The notes under the pieces: model-generated | The model's database searches: none | The model's input: only the letters and a program-made list of their open reading frames with translations | What the model was told of the DNA's origin: nothing | Made by a program: the position numbers and the translations under genes | Shown here: positions 18,598 to 41,039 of the stretch, one piece after another | Layout: every line of letters begins with the position of its first letter | How positions within the stretch are numbered: the stretch's first letter is position 1 | Assembly: GCF_009914755.1 (NCBI RefSeq) | Contig: NC_060925.1 | From: the human T2T-CHM13v2.0 reference genome, Homo sapiens | Direction: 5' to 3' (one strand) | Length of the DNA stretch: 64,000 bases

Positions 18598-19269
18598 TAC
18601 ATTTGTCATGTACGTGCACAATTTTGAGAAAGGCTAAATACTCTGGACTCTCTCCGCTGCTGACTCAGCATCAATGCATTCCTTAGCCCCATTCACCTGA
18701 AGTCATGATCAAGAGCAAAATTCACATCCACCATCTGTATAAAGAATGCGACTTTTCTACCCTCCTGGCCCTGTGCCTTTTTAAAGTTTATGATAAATAA
18801 CATTTGTTTAGAATTTTCAAATGCATCATCTCATTTGATTTTCACAAGATCTCAATGCCAGGTAACCCATGCTTTGTTTCCTCCGTACAATGAAGTAACT
18901 GGGGCTCAAAGAGAATTGACTTACCATTTGGCACCCAGCTGAAAACCAGCCAGGGGAGCTTCCAAGGAGAATGGTGATCCACGGTCAATCCTCTTGCCAC
19001 TGTGACAGAATGCCTGTTTTGTGTCATAGTTTTGTTTCACAAACCCAAGTATTTTCAGTACTGTTGCTTCATTTTGATGATTTCATGGGATCCTTCCCTA
19101 TATAACCACACTGTGATGCTTGACTCCTTACCTGCAGTGGGGTAATGCTTCTTCTCATAAATTATTTGGGTTGACATTTTGGGTTTTCTAGATTTCCCGT
19201 CTAAAATTCACAAACACTGTGAAATAGCCACTGCTCTTCAGCTTAGGGAACATAGCGAGACCTTGTCTT

Positions 19270-19572
19270 TATTTTTATTTATTTATTTATTTTTTTTGAC
19301 AGAGTCTCGCTCTGTTGCCCAGGCTGGAGTGCAGTGACACCGTCTCAGCTCACTGCAACCTCGGCCTCCCAGGTTCAAGCAATTTTCATGCCTCTCCTGA
19401 GTAGCTGGCAGTACAGGCGCCTGCCACCGCATCTGGTTAAATTTTGTACTTTTAGTAGAGATGGGGTTTCACTATGTTGGCCAGGCTTGTCTCAAACTCC
19501 TGGCCTTAAGTGATCCACCAGCCTCAGCCTCTCAAAATGCTGGGATTCCAGGTGTGAACCACTGTGCCTGTC
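19270..19572 (-). mobile_element. Alu
   Basis: Reverse dimeric Alu. Confidence 0.9.
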
Positions 19573-20333
19573 TGATACCCTCTTTAAAAACAAAACAAAA
19601 ACAAAATAACACGCCAAAACCAAACCATCATAAACAAACAAATACACAAATAAAGAAAATTCATAAATGCTCATCAATCCTGCAGGTTCTACTTTCAGGT
19701 ATTTTTTGGGGGTGGGGTGAAGTCGGGGCAGCCTGGTAGGAAGTTCTTTCACTCACTTCCCATTTCTTAAATAATGGATTTTCAGGAACAGCACTGATCA
19801 ATACCAGCAGAGTTCAGAATCTGTATTTCACCAAGCACAGGTTTCCTTTGCTGACCCACTCCCCGGATGTAGCATACAGACCCTAGTCTTCCCTACAGAG
19901 GGAAGACTCCAAGTACAGAAGCAAGTGCATTTCAACATTTGTCTGCCAGCCCTAATGTATTGACCTTTGTGTCATCCATCTTTGTTAGTGATCAGGCAAG
20001 ACATCATACATTGTTTCTGCTCTAATATTTTTTCTTTAAATAATATAATGAATATTGATGCAGCCAAGAGTTCAGTGAGTAGGGGATGGATAGTTATTAG
20101 CAGTGAAAAACAATCAATGTAGTATAACCTCAAGATTCAATGTGAATTCCACCTTGGGAACCTGTTTTGTGGTTTGGAAAGAAATGAATTCAGTATCAGC
20201 TGTTTGCAACTTGACAAGATAAAGAGATCTGATAGTTCTGTTCAAAGGATGAAATTTCTGACAATGGAGGGTGGAAATAGTTCAATCTCACTGAAGCCTG
20301 GATGGAGATGCAGCAGCATTTGGGACAGACGTT

Positions 20334-20397
20334 TCCTCCTGCAGTGCCAGATCCTTCTAGTAGAGGATCCTCCTGCAGTGCCAGATCCTTCTAGTAG
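20334..20397 (+). repeat. Perfect 30-bp direct repeat, two copies, period 34
   Basis: tcctcctgcagtgccagatccttctagtag at 20334-20363 and 20368-20397. Confidence 0.95.
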
Positions 20398-20635
20398 TGA
20401 GAGGAGTCATGGTAGGAAGCCGTGTTTTAGAGGACAAAGCTTGGGCTTGGAAGTTAAAGCTGGATTTGAATCCAGCATTGCAAATTGTAACCATGGGCAC
20501 TGCGTTGAACCACTCTGAACCTCACTTGCTTTATCTCTAAAATGGGGATAATAATGTTTGCCTGGCTGGTAAAGATTAGCAGTAATACATATGCAGTGTC
20601 TGACATATGCATGTGCTTAGTTGAGAGGAGCAATT

Positions 20636-20757
20636 TGTTGTTGTTGTTGTTTATTAAGTTGGGATCTCGCTATGTTGCTCAGGCTGGTCTCAAACTCCTG
20701 ACCTCAAGTGATCCACCCACCATGGCCTTTATAGGCATGAGCCACCATGTCCAGCCA
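20636..20757 (-). mobile_element. Alu monomer (FLAM-like)
   Basis: Reverse left-arm Alu. Confidence 0.8.
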
Positions 20758-20896
20758 AGCAATTATTCTATACTTTATACCATGGGATTGTTTTGTAGTG
20801 AGATAAATTATATATATTTTTTTATTATTTCACACCTGAATATTTTTGAATATGATTTACTCAAGAGTAAATAGTGTTATAAAATTCCCACATTCT

Positions 20897-21294
<398 letters not shown>

Positions 21295-22295
21295 CTATGT
21301 GAAAATACTTTGCAAGACATATAATGTGTTGCAGTGGTATTTTTAGGCTTCTTTTCCCTAGTCTTGAATATTAATATGCTTAGGAGACTCAACCTTCTGT
21401 AGCACCTATAGCAAAGCAGATATGCCCTTTCCTACATGCATGCTGTGTAGCAAACCCCAAACGAGTAGAGGTGATGGACAGGAAAAGGCATTCCTTGTGG
21501 GAATTTGTCATATCTGACAACCAGACTTTCTTTTCTCATTTGTCTTCTAGTCACTGTAAGTATACAGCTGTTGAACAGCATTAAGCAGTGGAGATAAAAA
21601 TCTTCCATGAGAATAGCTAATAATAATTTGGGTTGCTGCTGATGGAGAATGTCATGCGAAAAGTCACAGGAGCAGAGTGGGCACTTTCTTCTCTTTAACC
21701 AGCATCTTACAGGTGTGGGGCTTTTGTTTTTTTAAGGAGTATGGAAGTGGTAGGGACCGGTCTCATATGTACTTCTTATAATAAGCCAAATAATACAAAG
21801 GTGCGTAAGGAAAATAAATGTTCTTCCCTTCTCTGTCTTTTGTATTCCCAGCTTTCAGAGGTACACAACGTTGACAGTTTGATGTGGGCTCTTTCAGGTA
21901 TGAATGTGTTTTTCAGCCATGAATGATAGTGAAACCTGTTAGTGGAACGACTTTGAAAGTCCAATCAATATCTGTATCCTTGAGAGATAGAACCTCCTGC
22001 TATCAGGCTTTCCAGAGAATCATAAGCAGGTTATCTGGGAGATAAATAAATTCTTGGAAACTGTTTATTAAAATGCATTTTTATGCTAATGGCAGAGTCC
22101 CACTGATACATGCAAATGAAAAATAATTTAGAATCTTATCATGGAATGGCAGGAAAAATGAGTTGATGATTCCCTACCGTTTCTTCTGATTTAATCCAAA
22201 TCTCCTTTTCTAGTGTCTTTTCCATCCACGCACAAAATCCTAGGTTTGGGAATTTCAAAGAGCATTCTTTCATGGTGCTATTTCTCCAACTGTAA

Positions 22296-22664
<369 letters not shown>

Positions 22665-23336
22665 TAAACATGGATTTCTGATTTAGTAGCCTGGGGTGAA
22701 GCCTGAGTTTCTTTATTTCTAACAAGTCCCCAGGTCTACACTCCACACATTGAGTAACAAGGATCTCCTTATGATGTTGTCTCTGTCAGTTCCCTGCCAC
22801 ATTTGTGTCCAGCCCATATCTGAAGATCTCTTAGCACAGTGCCTTTTACTTTGTAAAATATACTTTATTTTTTAGACAAATTTAGAATCACGGCGATATT
22901 GAGCAGAAGATACAGAGATTCCCCATGTATCTCCCGCCCACACGTGCATTATCTCCCCCACTATCAAAGTGCCCCACCAGAGTAGTACATTTGTTATAAC
23001 CCATGAACCTACGTGGACACATCATCGTCATCTGAAGTCCGTAGTTTACATTACGGTTCATTCTTGGTGGTATACATTCCATGGGTTTTAACAAATGTAG
23101 AATGACATGTACCCACCATGATGGTATTATACAGAGTAGTTTCAATGCCCTAAAAATCCTCTGTGCTTGGCCTGTTCATCCTTCTCTGCCCCCAATCCAC
23201 GGCAACTACTGATTTTTTTTACTGTTTCTGTAGTTTTGCTCTTCGCAGAACGTCTTGTAGTTGGATCATACAGTATACAGCGTTTTCAGACTGGTTTATT
23301 TCACTTTGTAATGTAAGTTTAAGATTTCTCCATGGA

Positions 23337-23693
23337 GGCCGGGTGCGGTGGCTCACATTTGTAATCTCAGCACTTTGGGAGGTTGAGGGGGGCGGATCTC
23401 TTGAAGTCAGGAGTTCAAGACCAGCCTGACCAACATGGTGAAACCCCGTCTCTATTAAAATACAAAAAAAAAAAAAAATTAGCTGGGTGTGGTGGCGGAT
23501 GCCTGTAATCCCAGCTACTCTGGAGGCTGAGGTGCGGGAATCACTTCAATCCAGGAGGCAGAGGTTGCAGTGAGCTGAGATGGCACCACGGCACTCCAGC
23601 CTGGGTGACACAGAGAGACCCCACCTCAAAAAAAAAAAAAAAAAAGAGATTTCTCCACGGGCGAAAAGAGTGAAACTGTGTCTCAAAAAAAAA
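23337..23693 (+). mobile_element. Full Alu (23337-23645) followed by an Alu 3' stub (23659-23693)
   Basis: Three copies of gatttctcca(t/c)g separate flank, Alu, stub and flank. Confidence 0.9.
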
Positions 23694-24267
23694 GGGGGAT
23701 TTCTCCATGTCTTTCACGGTTGTATAACTCATTTATTTTTAGTAGTGAGTGTACCACTGTTTATTTTTTCATTCACCTACTGAAAAACATCTTGATTGTT
23801 TCCAAGTTTTGGCAATTATGAACAAAGCTGCTCTAAACATCCGTGTGCTGGTTGTTGTGTGGACATAAGTTTTCAAACCCTTTGCGTAAACGCCAAAGAG
23901 TGCAATTGATGGATCCTATGGTAAGAATATATTTAGTTTTCTAAGAAACAGCCAAACTGTCTTCCAAAGTAGCTGAACCATTTTGCATTCCCACTAACAA
24001 TGAATGAGAGAGCTCCTGCTGTCCCGCATTCTGCTCAGGATTTGGTGTTGCCACTGTTCCAGATTTTGGTCAGTTTAACAGATGTGTGTAGCGGTAGTTC
24101 ATTGCTGTTTTCAATTGCATTTCCCTGATGACATATGATATGGAGTATCTTTTCAGATGCTTTTTGCTACCTGTATATCTTCTTTGGTGAGGTGTTTATT
24201 AAGGTCTTCTGCACGTTTCTTTTTTCTGAAAAGTAACAACACGATTTTCAGTTGGGTTGTCTGACTT

Positions 24268-24542
24268 CTTTTTTGAGACAGAGACAGTCTCACTCTGTTG
24301 CTCAGGCTGGAGTGCAGTGGTGTGATCTAGGCTCACTGCAACCTCCACCTCCCGGGTTCAAGTAATTCTCGTGCCTCAGCCTCCTAAGTAGCTGGGATTT
24401 CAGGCGCCTGCCACCACCTCTGGCTAATTTTTATATTTTTAGTAGAGACGGGGTTTCACCAATTTGAGTGGACTTCAAGTGATCCGCCTGCCTCAGCCTC
24501 CCAACGTGGTGGGATTACAGACATAAGCCATCATGCCCCGCC
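24268..24542 (-). mobile_element. Alu
   Basis: Reverse Alu with an internal deletion. Confidence 0.9.
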
Positions 24543-24635
24543 TGTCTGATTTCTTATTGTTGAGTTTTAGGGGTTTTTTGTATACTTTGAATGACATTCT
24601 TTTACCAGATGTGTCTTTTGCAAATATTTTCTCTA

Positions 24636-25097
<462 letters not shown>

Positions 25098-25437
25098 CTA
25101 GATTTTCTCCTATATTATCTTCTAGGATTTTTGTGGTTTTACATTTTACAATTAGGCCTATTATTCATTTTGAGTTAAGTTTTATAAAGAATGTAGGTCT
25201 GTGTCTAGATTCTTTTGTTTTCTTTTTTTTTCTTTTGCATGTGGGTGTTCATTGTTCCAGCTTCATTTGTTGAAAAGACAGTCTGTTTTCCACTGTACTG
25301 CCTTTGCTCCTTTGTTAAAGATTAGTTAACTTTATTTATGTGGATCTATTTCTGAGCTCTCTATTCTGTTTCATTGATGTTTTTGTCTGTTTCTTCACAA
25401 ATACCACACTGTCTTGATTACTGTGCCCTTTTTTTAA

Positions 25438-25775
<338 letters not shown>

Positions 25776-26099
25776 AGAATATTAAATTTCTATGAACGTT
25801 TCTGAATGATTGCTCTCAATTTCTTTACAAATCTCATTGCAGGCAGGTAACAAACAATTAGCTGACTAGCATTTACCCTTATGACCTCATTTAATCTTTC
25901 TTATCTCCTTAAATGCCCTATCTCTAATATAATCACATGGAAGTGTTTGGGCTTCAATATATAAATCTGGAGGGTAGAGGCACAATTAGCAGACTCTAAC
26001 TCCTTACGGTTTGGGTCAGAAGTCTTGGGTGGACTTGAAATTCAGGGACTGTGCCCTTAACCTTACAGTTTGGCTGACTCTGGGTAGAGGATATGATGT

Positions 26100-27348
26100 A
26101 CAATAAAAAAGTTGAGAAGAAAATAGAAATATATCTTGAAACAAATGATAATGGAAACAAAGCATAGCAAAACCTATAGAATATAGTAAAAGAGGTACTA
26201 TTATAAAAGGAAAACGTATAATTGTAATTGCCTACATAAAAAAACAGAAAAACTTCAAATAACCTAACAGTACATCTTAATTAACTAGAATAAAAAGGCC
26301 AAAACAAACCCAAAATTAGAAGAAAAGAAATAATAAAGATTAGCGCAGAAATAAAGTTGAAATAAAAAAATACAAAAGATCAATGAAACAAAAAGTGGAT
26401 GTTTTGAAAAGTAAAACAACTAACAAATATTTAGACAGGCTAACTAAAAAACAGAGAAGATACAAATACATAAAATCAGAGGTGAAAAAGGAGACATTAC
26501 AAGTAATGCTTCAGAAAATCAAAGGATTATTAGTGGTTACTATCAGCAATTGTATGCCGACAAATTAGAAAACCTAGAGGAAAAGAATTCTTAGATACAC
26601 ACAACTTACCAAGATTGAACTAGGAAAAAATCTAAAACCTGAACAGACCAATAACAAGTAACAAAATTAAAGCCTTAATAAAAAAAAGTCTGTAGGACCA
26701 GACTGAAAAATAGAGGAGGGACCATTTCCAAACTCATTCTTTGAGGCCAGTATTACCCTGATATCAAAACCAGACAAAGACACATTAAAAAGGCAAACTA
26801 CAGGCCCATATCTGAGACTATTGATGCAAAAATTTGCAAAAAAACCTAGGAAACTGAATTAAACAATACATAAATAGGTAATTCATAATGACCAAGTGGG
26901 ATTTATCCCAGGGAAGCAAGGATGGTTCAACATGCAAATCAATCAATGTGATACATTATATAAACAGAATGAATGACAAAATCCATATGATCATTTCAAT
27001 TATACTAAAAATAATTTGATAAAATTTAATATATTCTTTTACAATAAAAACCCTTTGAAAACTGGGTATGGAATAAACATACCTCAACATAATAAAAGTC
27101 ATATATGACAGACCCACAGCTAGTATCATACTGAGTGGGGAAAAACTAAAAGACTTTCCTCGAAAATCTGGAAAATGACAAGAATATCCACTTTTACCAC
27201 TGTTATCTAACATAATTCTGAAAGTCCTAGCTGGAGCAATCAGACAAGAGAAAGTAATAAAGGGCATCCCAATTGGAAAATGAGTCAAATTATCTTTTTT
27301 TCTTGCTGATGATATAATCCTATATTTGGAAAAACATAAAGACTCCTC
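26100..27348 (+). mobile_element. Old L1 (L1PB/L1MA-like) ORF2 relic, left part
   Basis: Degenerate RT-region codons (gaccaagtgggatttatcccaggg = DQVGFIPG; cttgctgatgatata = LADDI); continues at 36142. Confidence 0.9.
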
Positions 27349-27701
27349 TGATGGGGTCTGAATGTGTGTCCCCTTCCAAATCTCATATTGAAATGTAATT
27401 CTCAATGTTGGAGTTGGGCCTGGTGAAAGGTGATGTAACCATCAGGGTAGATTACTCATAAATGGCTGTAATCATTTATGAGTGAGTTCCTGTAAGATCT
27501 GGCCATTTAAAAGTGTGTAACAACTCGCCCCTCTGTTTTGTGTTCCTGCTTTTTGCCCTGTGATGTGCAGGATTCTGCTTCAACGTTTGCCATGATTATA
27601 AACTTCCAGAGGCCTCCCCAGAAGCATATGCCAGTGCTGTGTCTTCTGTACAGCCTGTAGAATCATGAGCCAGTTAAACCTCCTTTTTAAAAATAAATTA
27701 C

Positions 27702-28020
27702 CGGCGGGGCGTGGTGGCTCACGCCTGTAATCCCAGCACTTTGGGAGGCTGAGGTGGGCGGATCACGAGGTCAGGAGATCGAGACCATCCTGGCTAACAC
27801 AGTGAAACCCCGTCTCTATTAAAAATACAAAAAATTAGCTGGGTGTGGTGGCGGGCACCTGTAGTCCCAGCTACTCAGGAGGCTGAGGCAGGAGAATGGC
27901 GTGAACCCCGGAGTCGGAGCTTGCAGTGAGCCGAGATCGCGCCACTGTACTCCAGCCTGGGCAACAGAGCGAGACTCTGTCTCAAAAATAAATAAATAAA
28001 TAAATAAATAAATAAAAATA
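27702..28020 (+). mobile_element. AluY in the MST 5' LTR
   Basis: CpG-rich Alu with (TAAA)n tail; TSD aaaataaatt.cc. Confidence 0.95.
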
Positions 28021-29858
28021 AATTGCCCAGCCTCAGGTATTTATAGTGATGCAAAAATGGCTTAATACAGAAAATTGTCACCAAGGAGTAGAAAATTGTT
28101 ATAAGAATACATGAAAATGTGGAATCAGCTTTGTAATTGGGTAAACAGGCAGAGATTAAAAGAGTTTTAGGGCTCAGAAGAAGACAGAAAAATGAGGTAA
28201 AGTTGAGATTTTCTTAGAGACTGGTTGAATAGCTGTGACCAAAATGCTGATAGTGATCTGGATAGTGAAGGCTGGGCTGAGGAGGTCTCAGATGAAAATT
28301 AGAAACTTATTGGGACTGAAGCAAAGGTCATGCCTGTTCTGTCTTAGCAAAGTGGTTGGATGAATTGCTTTCATGCCCTAGGGATACATAAAAGTTTGAA
28401 TTTGAGAGTGATGATATAGGGTTTCTGTTGGAAGAAATGTCTAAGCAGCAAAGCATTCGAGATGTGGCCTGACTGCTTCTAACAACTATGCTCACATCTT
28501 AGAGCAAAAAAATAAGCTGTAACTTATATTTACAAGGGAACCATAGTGTAAAAGCTTGAACACTTTTCAGCCTAGCCATGCGGCAGAAAAATAAAAAGCT
28601 TTTATAAGAGAGGAACTTAAGCAGGCTGTGGAACAACCACTTGTTAGAGATATTTGCGTAATTAAACAAAAGCAAGTGTTGATAGCCAAGACAATGGGAA
28701 AGAGGACTTGAAGGCATTTTAGAAATCTAGAGGCAGCCCCCCATCACAGGCCCTGAGGCCTAAAAGAAGAGAATAGTTTCTGGGATCAGCCCCAGAACCC
28801 TGCTGCCTTGGGTAGCCTTGGGACATGGCTCCCTGCATCCTGGCCACTGCTCCAGCTCCAGGTATAGGTCAAATTGGCCAAGTTACAGCTCCAGTCACTG
28901 CTTCAGAGGGTGCAAGCCATAAGCCTTGATAGCTTCCATGTGGTGTTAGGCCTTTGGGTGTACAAAATGCAAGAGTTGAGACTTGGGAGCCTCCACCTTT
29001 ATTCAAAGGATGTAGGCAAAAGCCTGGGTGTCCAGGCAGAAGCATGCTGCAGTGGTGGAGCTCTCATGGAGAACCTCTACTAAAACAATGCAGAGAAGAA
29101 ATGTGGGGTTAGAGTCCCCACACAGGCTTCCCACTGGGGCATGGCCTAGTAGATCTGTGAGGAGAGAATCACGGTCCTCCAGACCCCAGAATGGTAGATC
29201 TAGCTACAGCTTGCACCCTGCACCTAGAAAAACCAGAGGCACACAATACCAGCCCATGAGAACAGCTGTGGGGGCTGAACCATGCAGATCCACAAGGTTG
29301 GACCTTTCCAAGGCATTAGTGTATCCTGGAAATGGGACATAGAGAAAAAAATAATTATTTTGGAGCCTTACGATTCAATAACTGCCCTTCTGGGTTTCAG
29401 ACTTGCATGGGTCCTGTGGCCTCTTTCTTTTGGCTGATTGCTTCCTTTTAGAATAGGGGTATTTACCCAATGCCTATACTCCCTTTGTATCTTGGAAGTA
29501 CCTAACTTGTTTTTCGTTTTACAGGCTTATAGGAGGAAGAAACTAGCTTTGTCTTAGATGAGACTTTCAACTTTTGAGTTAAGGCTGAAATGAGTTAAGA
29601 CTTTGGGGATTATTAGGAAGTCATGATTGTATTTTTTGTTTGTTTTTTTTTTTATTATACTTTAAGTTTTAGGGTACATGTGCACATTGTGCAGGTTAGT
29701 TACATATGTATACATGTGCCATGCTGGTGCGCTGCACCCACTAACTCGTCATCTAGCATTAGGTATATCTCCCAGTGCTATCCCTCCCCCCTCCCCCCAC
29801 CCCACAACAGTCCCCAGAGTGTGATATTCCCCTTCCTGTGTCCATGTGATCTCATTGT

Positions 29859-33684
<3,826 letters not shown>

Positions 33685-33747
33685 TATGATGTTAGCTGGT
33701 GATTTTGCTCGTTAGTTGATGCAGTTTCTTCCTAGTCTCGATGGTCT

Positions 33748-34764
33748 TTACATTTTGGCATGATTTTGCAGCGGCTGGTACCGGTTGTTCCTTTCCATGT
33801 TTAGCGCTTCCTTCAGGAGCTCTTTTAGGGCAGGCCTGGTGGTGACAAAATCTCTCAGCATTTGCTTGTCTGTAAAGTATTTTATTTCTCCTTCACTTAT
33901 GAAGCTTAGTTTGGCTGGATATGAAATTCTGGGTTGAAAATTCTTTTCTTTAAGAATGTTGAATATTGGCCCCCACTCTCTTCTGGCTTGTAGGGTTTCT
34001 GCCGAGAGATCAGCTGTTAGTCTGATGGGTTTCCCTTTGAGGGTAACTCGACCTTTCTCTCTGGCTGCTCTTAACATTTTTTCCTTCATTTCAACTTTGG
34101 TGAATCTGACAATTATGTGTCTTGGAGTTGCTCTTCTCGAGGAGTATCTTTGTGGCATTCTCTGTATTTCCTGAATCTGAATGTTGGCCTGCCTTGCTAG
34201 ATTGGGGAAGTTCTCCTGGATAATATCCTGCAGAGTGTTTTCCAACTTGGTTCCATTCTCCCCATCACTTTCAGGTACACCAATCAGATGTAGATTTGGT
34301 CTTTTCACATAGTCCCATATTTCTTGGAGGCTTTGCTCATTTCTTTTTATTCTTTTTTCTCTAAACTTCCCTTCTCGCTTCATTTCATTCATTTCATCTT
34401 CCATTGCTGATACCCTTTCTTCCAGTTGATCGCATCGGCTCCTGAGGCTTCTGCATTCTTCACGTAGTTCTCGAGCCTTGGTTTTCAGCTCCATCAGCTC
34501 CTTTAAGCACTTCTCTGTATTGGTTATTCTAGTTATACATTCTTCTAAATGTTTTTCAAAGTTTTCAACTTCTTTGCCTTTGGTTTGAATGTCCTCCCGT
34601 AGCTCAGAGTAATTTGATCGTCTGAAGCCATCTTCTCTCAGCTCGTCAAAGTCATTCTCCATCCAGCTGTGTTCCGTTGCTGGTGAGGAACTGCGTTCCT
34701 TTGGAGGAGGAGAGGCGCTCTGTGTTTTTGAGTTTCCAGTATTTCTGTTCTGTTTTTTCCGCAT
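33748..34764 (-). CDS. L1 ORF1p RNA-binding protein, full 338 aa
   Basis: Uninterrupted ORF with coiled coil, REKG, ARR and YPAKLS motifs. Confidence 0.95.
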   Translation of the reverse strand: MRKKQNRNTGNSKTQSASPPPKERSSSPATEHSWMENDFDELREDGFRRSNYSELREDIQTKGKEVENFEKHLEECITRITNTEKCLKELMELKTKARELREECRSLRSRCDQLEERVSAMEDEMNEMKREGKFREKRIKRNEQSLQEIWDYVKRPNLHLIGVPESDGENGTKLENTLQDIIQENFPNLARQANIQIQEIQRMPQRYSSRRATPRHIIVRFTKVEMKEKMLRAAREKGRVTLKGKPIRLTADLSAETLQARREWGPIFNILKEKNFQPRISYPAKLSFISEGEIKYFTDKQMLRDFVTTRPALKELLKEALNMERNNRYQPLQNHAKM

Positions 34765-35219
34765 CTTTGTGGTTTTATCTACTTTTGGTCTTTGATGATG
34801 GTGATGTACAGATGGGTTTTCGGTGTGGATGTCCTTTCTGTTTGTTAGTTTTCCTTCTAACAGACAGGACCCTCAGCTGCAGGTCTGTTGGAATACCCTG
34901 CCGTGTGAGGTGTCAGTGTGCCCCTGCTGGGGGGTGCCTCCCAGTTAGGCTGCTCAGGGGTCAGGGGTCAGGGACCCACTTGAGGAGGCAGTCTGCCCGT
35001 TCTCAGATCTCCAGCTGCGTGCTGGGAGAACCACTGCTCTCTTCAAAGCTGTCAGACAGGGACATTTAAGTCTGCAGAGGTTACTGCTGTCTTTTTGTTT
35101 GTCTGTGCCCTGCCCCCAGAGGTGGAGCCTACAGAGGCAGGCAGGCCTCCTTGAGCTGTGGTGGGCTCCACCCAGTTCGAGCTTCCTGGCTGCTTTGTTT
35201 ACCTAAGCAAGCCTGGGCA

Positions 35220-35402
35220 ATGGCGGGCGCCCCTCCCCCAGCCTCGCTGCCGCCTTGCAGTTTGATCTCAGACTGCTGTGCTAGCAATCAGCGAGACTCC
35301 GTGGGCATAGGACCCTCCGAGCCAGGTGTGGGATATAGTCTCGTGGTGCGCCGTTTTTTAAGCCGGTCTGAAAAGCGCAATATTCGGGTGGGAGTGACCT
35401 GA
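35220..35402 (+). CDS. L1 ORF0 (antisense ORF of the 5'UTR), truncated to 60 aa
   Basis: MAGAPPPASLPPCSLISDCCASNQRDS...RVGVT followed by TGA where consensus has CGA. Confidence 0.75.
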   Translation: MAGAPPPASLPPCSLISDCCASNQRDSVGIGPSEPGVGYSLVVRRFLSRSEKRNIRVGVT

Positions 35403-36141
35403 TTTTCCAGGTGCGTCCGTCACTCCTTTCTTTGACTCGGAAAGGGAACTCCCTGACCCCTTGCGCTTCCCAGGTGAGGCAATGCCTCGCCCTGCTTCGG
35501 CTCGTGCACGGTGCGCGCACCCACTGGCCTGCGCCCACTGTCTGGCACTCCCTAGTGAGATGAACCCGGTACCTCAGATGGAAATGCAGAAATCACCCGT
35601 GTTCTGCATCGCTCACGCTGGTAGCTGTAGACCGGAGCTGTTCCTATTCGGCCATCTTGGCTCCTCCTTTCGTCATGATTGTATTTTGAAATATGAGAGG
35701 GATATGAGATTTGGAATGGCCAGGGGCAAAATGATATAGTTTGGGTGTGTATTCCCACCAAAATCTCATATTGAAATGTAACCCTCAATGTTGGAGGTGG
35801 GCTTAGTGGGGAGGTGATTGAATCATGAGGGCAGGATTTCCATGAACTGTTTGGTATCATTTCCTTTGGTGCTATCCTCACAATAGTAAGTTTTCATGAG
35901 ATCTGGTCGTTTAAAAGTGTGTAGGACTCCCTACCCCCAGCCCTCTCACTTACCATGTGATGTGCAAGCACCAGATTTCTTTTGCCTTGATTGTCAGGTG
36001 TCAGAGGCTTCCCCAGAAGTAGAAGGCAGTGCTATGCTTTCTGTACAGCCTGTAGAACCATGAGCCAATAAAAACTCTTTTCTTTATAAATTACCCAGTC
36101 TCAGATTATTTCTTTATAACAATGTGACAATGGCCTAATAT

Positions 36142-37150
36142 ATCCACCAAAAAACTATTAGAACTAATAAATTGAGTAAATTTGCAGAATACAAAATCAA
36201 CATATACAAATCAGTAGGATTTCTATCTGCCAACAGTCAACAAACTAAAAAAGAATTCAAAAAAGTAATCCTATTTGCAATAGCCACAAACAAAATGTGT
36301 GAGAATTAACCAAAGAAATGAAAGTTATCAACAATTAAAACCAAAAAACACTGAACAAAGAAAGAGGATACAAAAAATGGAAAGATATTTCCATGTTCAC
36401 AGATTGGAAGAATCACTATTTTTAAAATGTCCATACAATCCAAAGCAATCTATAGATTTCATGCCATCCCTATCAAAATAACAATGACATTCCTCACAGA
36501 AATAGAAAAAAGAATTCTGAAATTTATGTGGAACCACGAAACACCATAATAGTTAAAGCTATGCTGAGTAAATAAATCAAAACTGGAGGAATCCCATTAC
36601 CTGGCTTCAAATTATACTACTGAGCTATAGTAATTAAAACATCATGACACTAGCATAAAAACGGACATAAAGACACATGGAATGGAATAGAGAACCCAGA
36701 AACAAACCCATACACCTACAGTAAACTTTTCAACAAAAATGCCAAGAACATACAGTGAAAAATAAGACAGTTTCTTCAATAAATAGGGCTGGGAAAACTG
36801 GCAAGCCATAGGCAGAAGAATGAAACTAGAACCCTATTTTTTGCCACATTAAAAAAATGAAATTAAAATAGATTAAAGACTTAAACCTAAGAACTCAAAC
36901 TATCAAAGTTTTACAAGAAAACATTGGGGAAACTTTCTAGGGCATTGGTTTGGGCAAACGTTTCTTAAATAATGCCCCATAAGCACAGACAACCAAAGCA
37001 AACATGGACAAATGGGATTACAGCAAGTCAGAAAGCTTTTTTTTTTTTTTTTTAAACAGTGAAGGAAACAATCAACAAAGTGAAGAGAAAACCCACAAAA
37101 TGGGAGAAAATATTTGTAAATTACCCATCTGAAAAGGGATTAATAGCTAC
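36142..37150 (+). mobile_element. Old L1 ORF2 relic, right part; ends without a 3'UTR
   Basis: aactattagaactaataaa...gaatacaaaatcaacatatacaaatcagtag...atggacaaatgggatta continues the 26100-27348 element. Confidence 0.9.
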
Positions 37151-37151
37151 A

Positions 37152-37193
37152 TGATAGGGTTAGGCTTTGTGTCCCCACTCACATCTCATATTG
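37152..37193 (+). mobile_element. First ~42 bp of a THE1/MST LTR
   Basis: tgatagggttaggctttgtgtccccactcacatctcatattga matches the MaLR LTR start, then switches abruptly to ERV sequence. Confidence 0.7.
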
Positions 37194-41035
<3,842 letters not shown>

Positions 41036-41039
41036 AGCC

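Noticed and set aside
20334-20397. CRISPR-like repeat
   Set aside because: Only two copies, a 4-bp spacer and eukaryotic context
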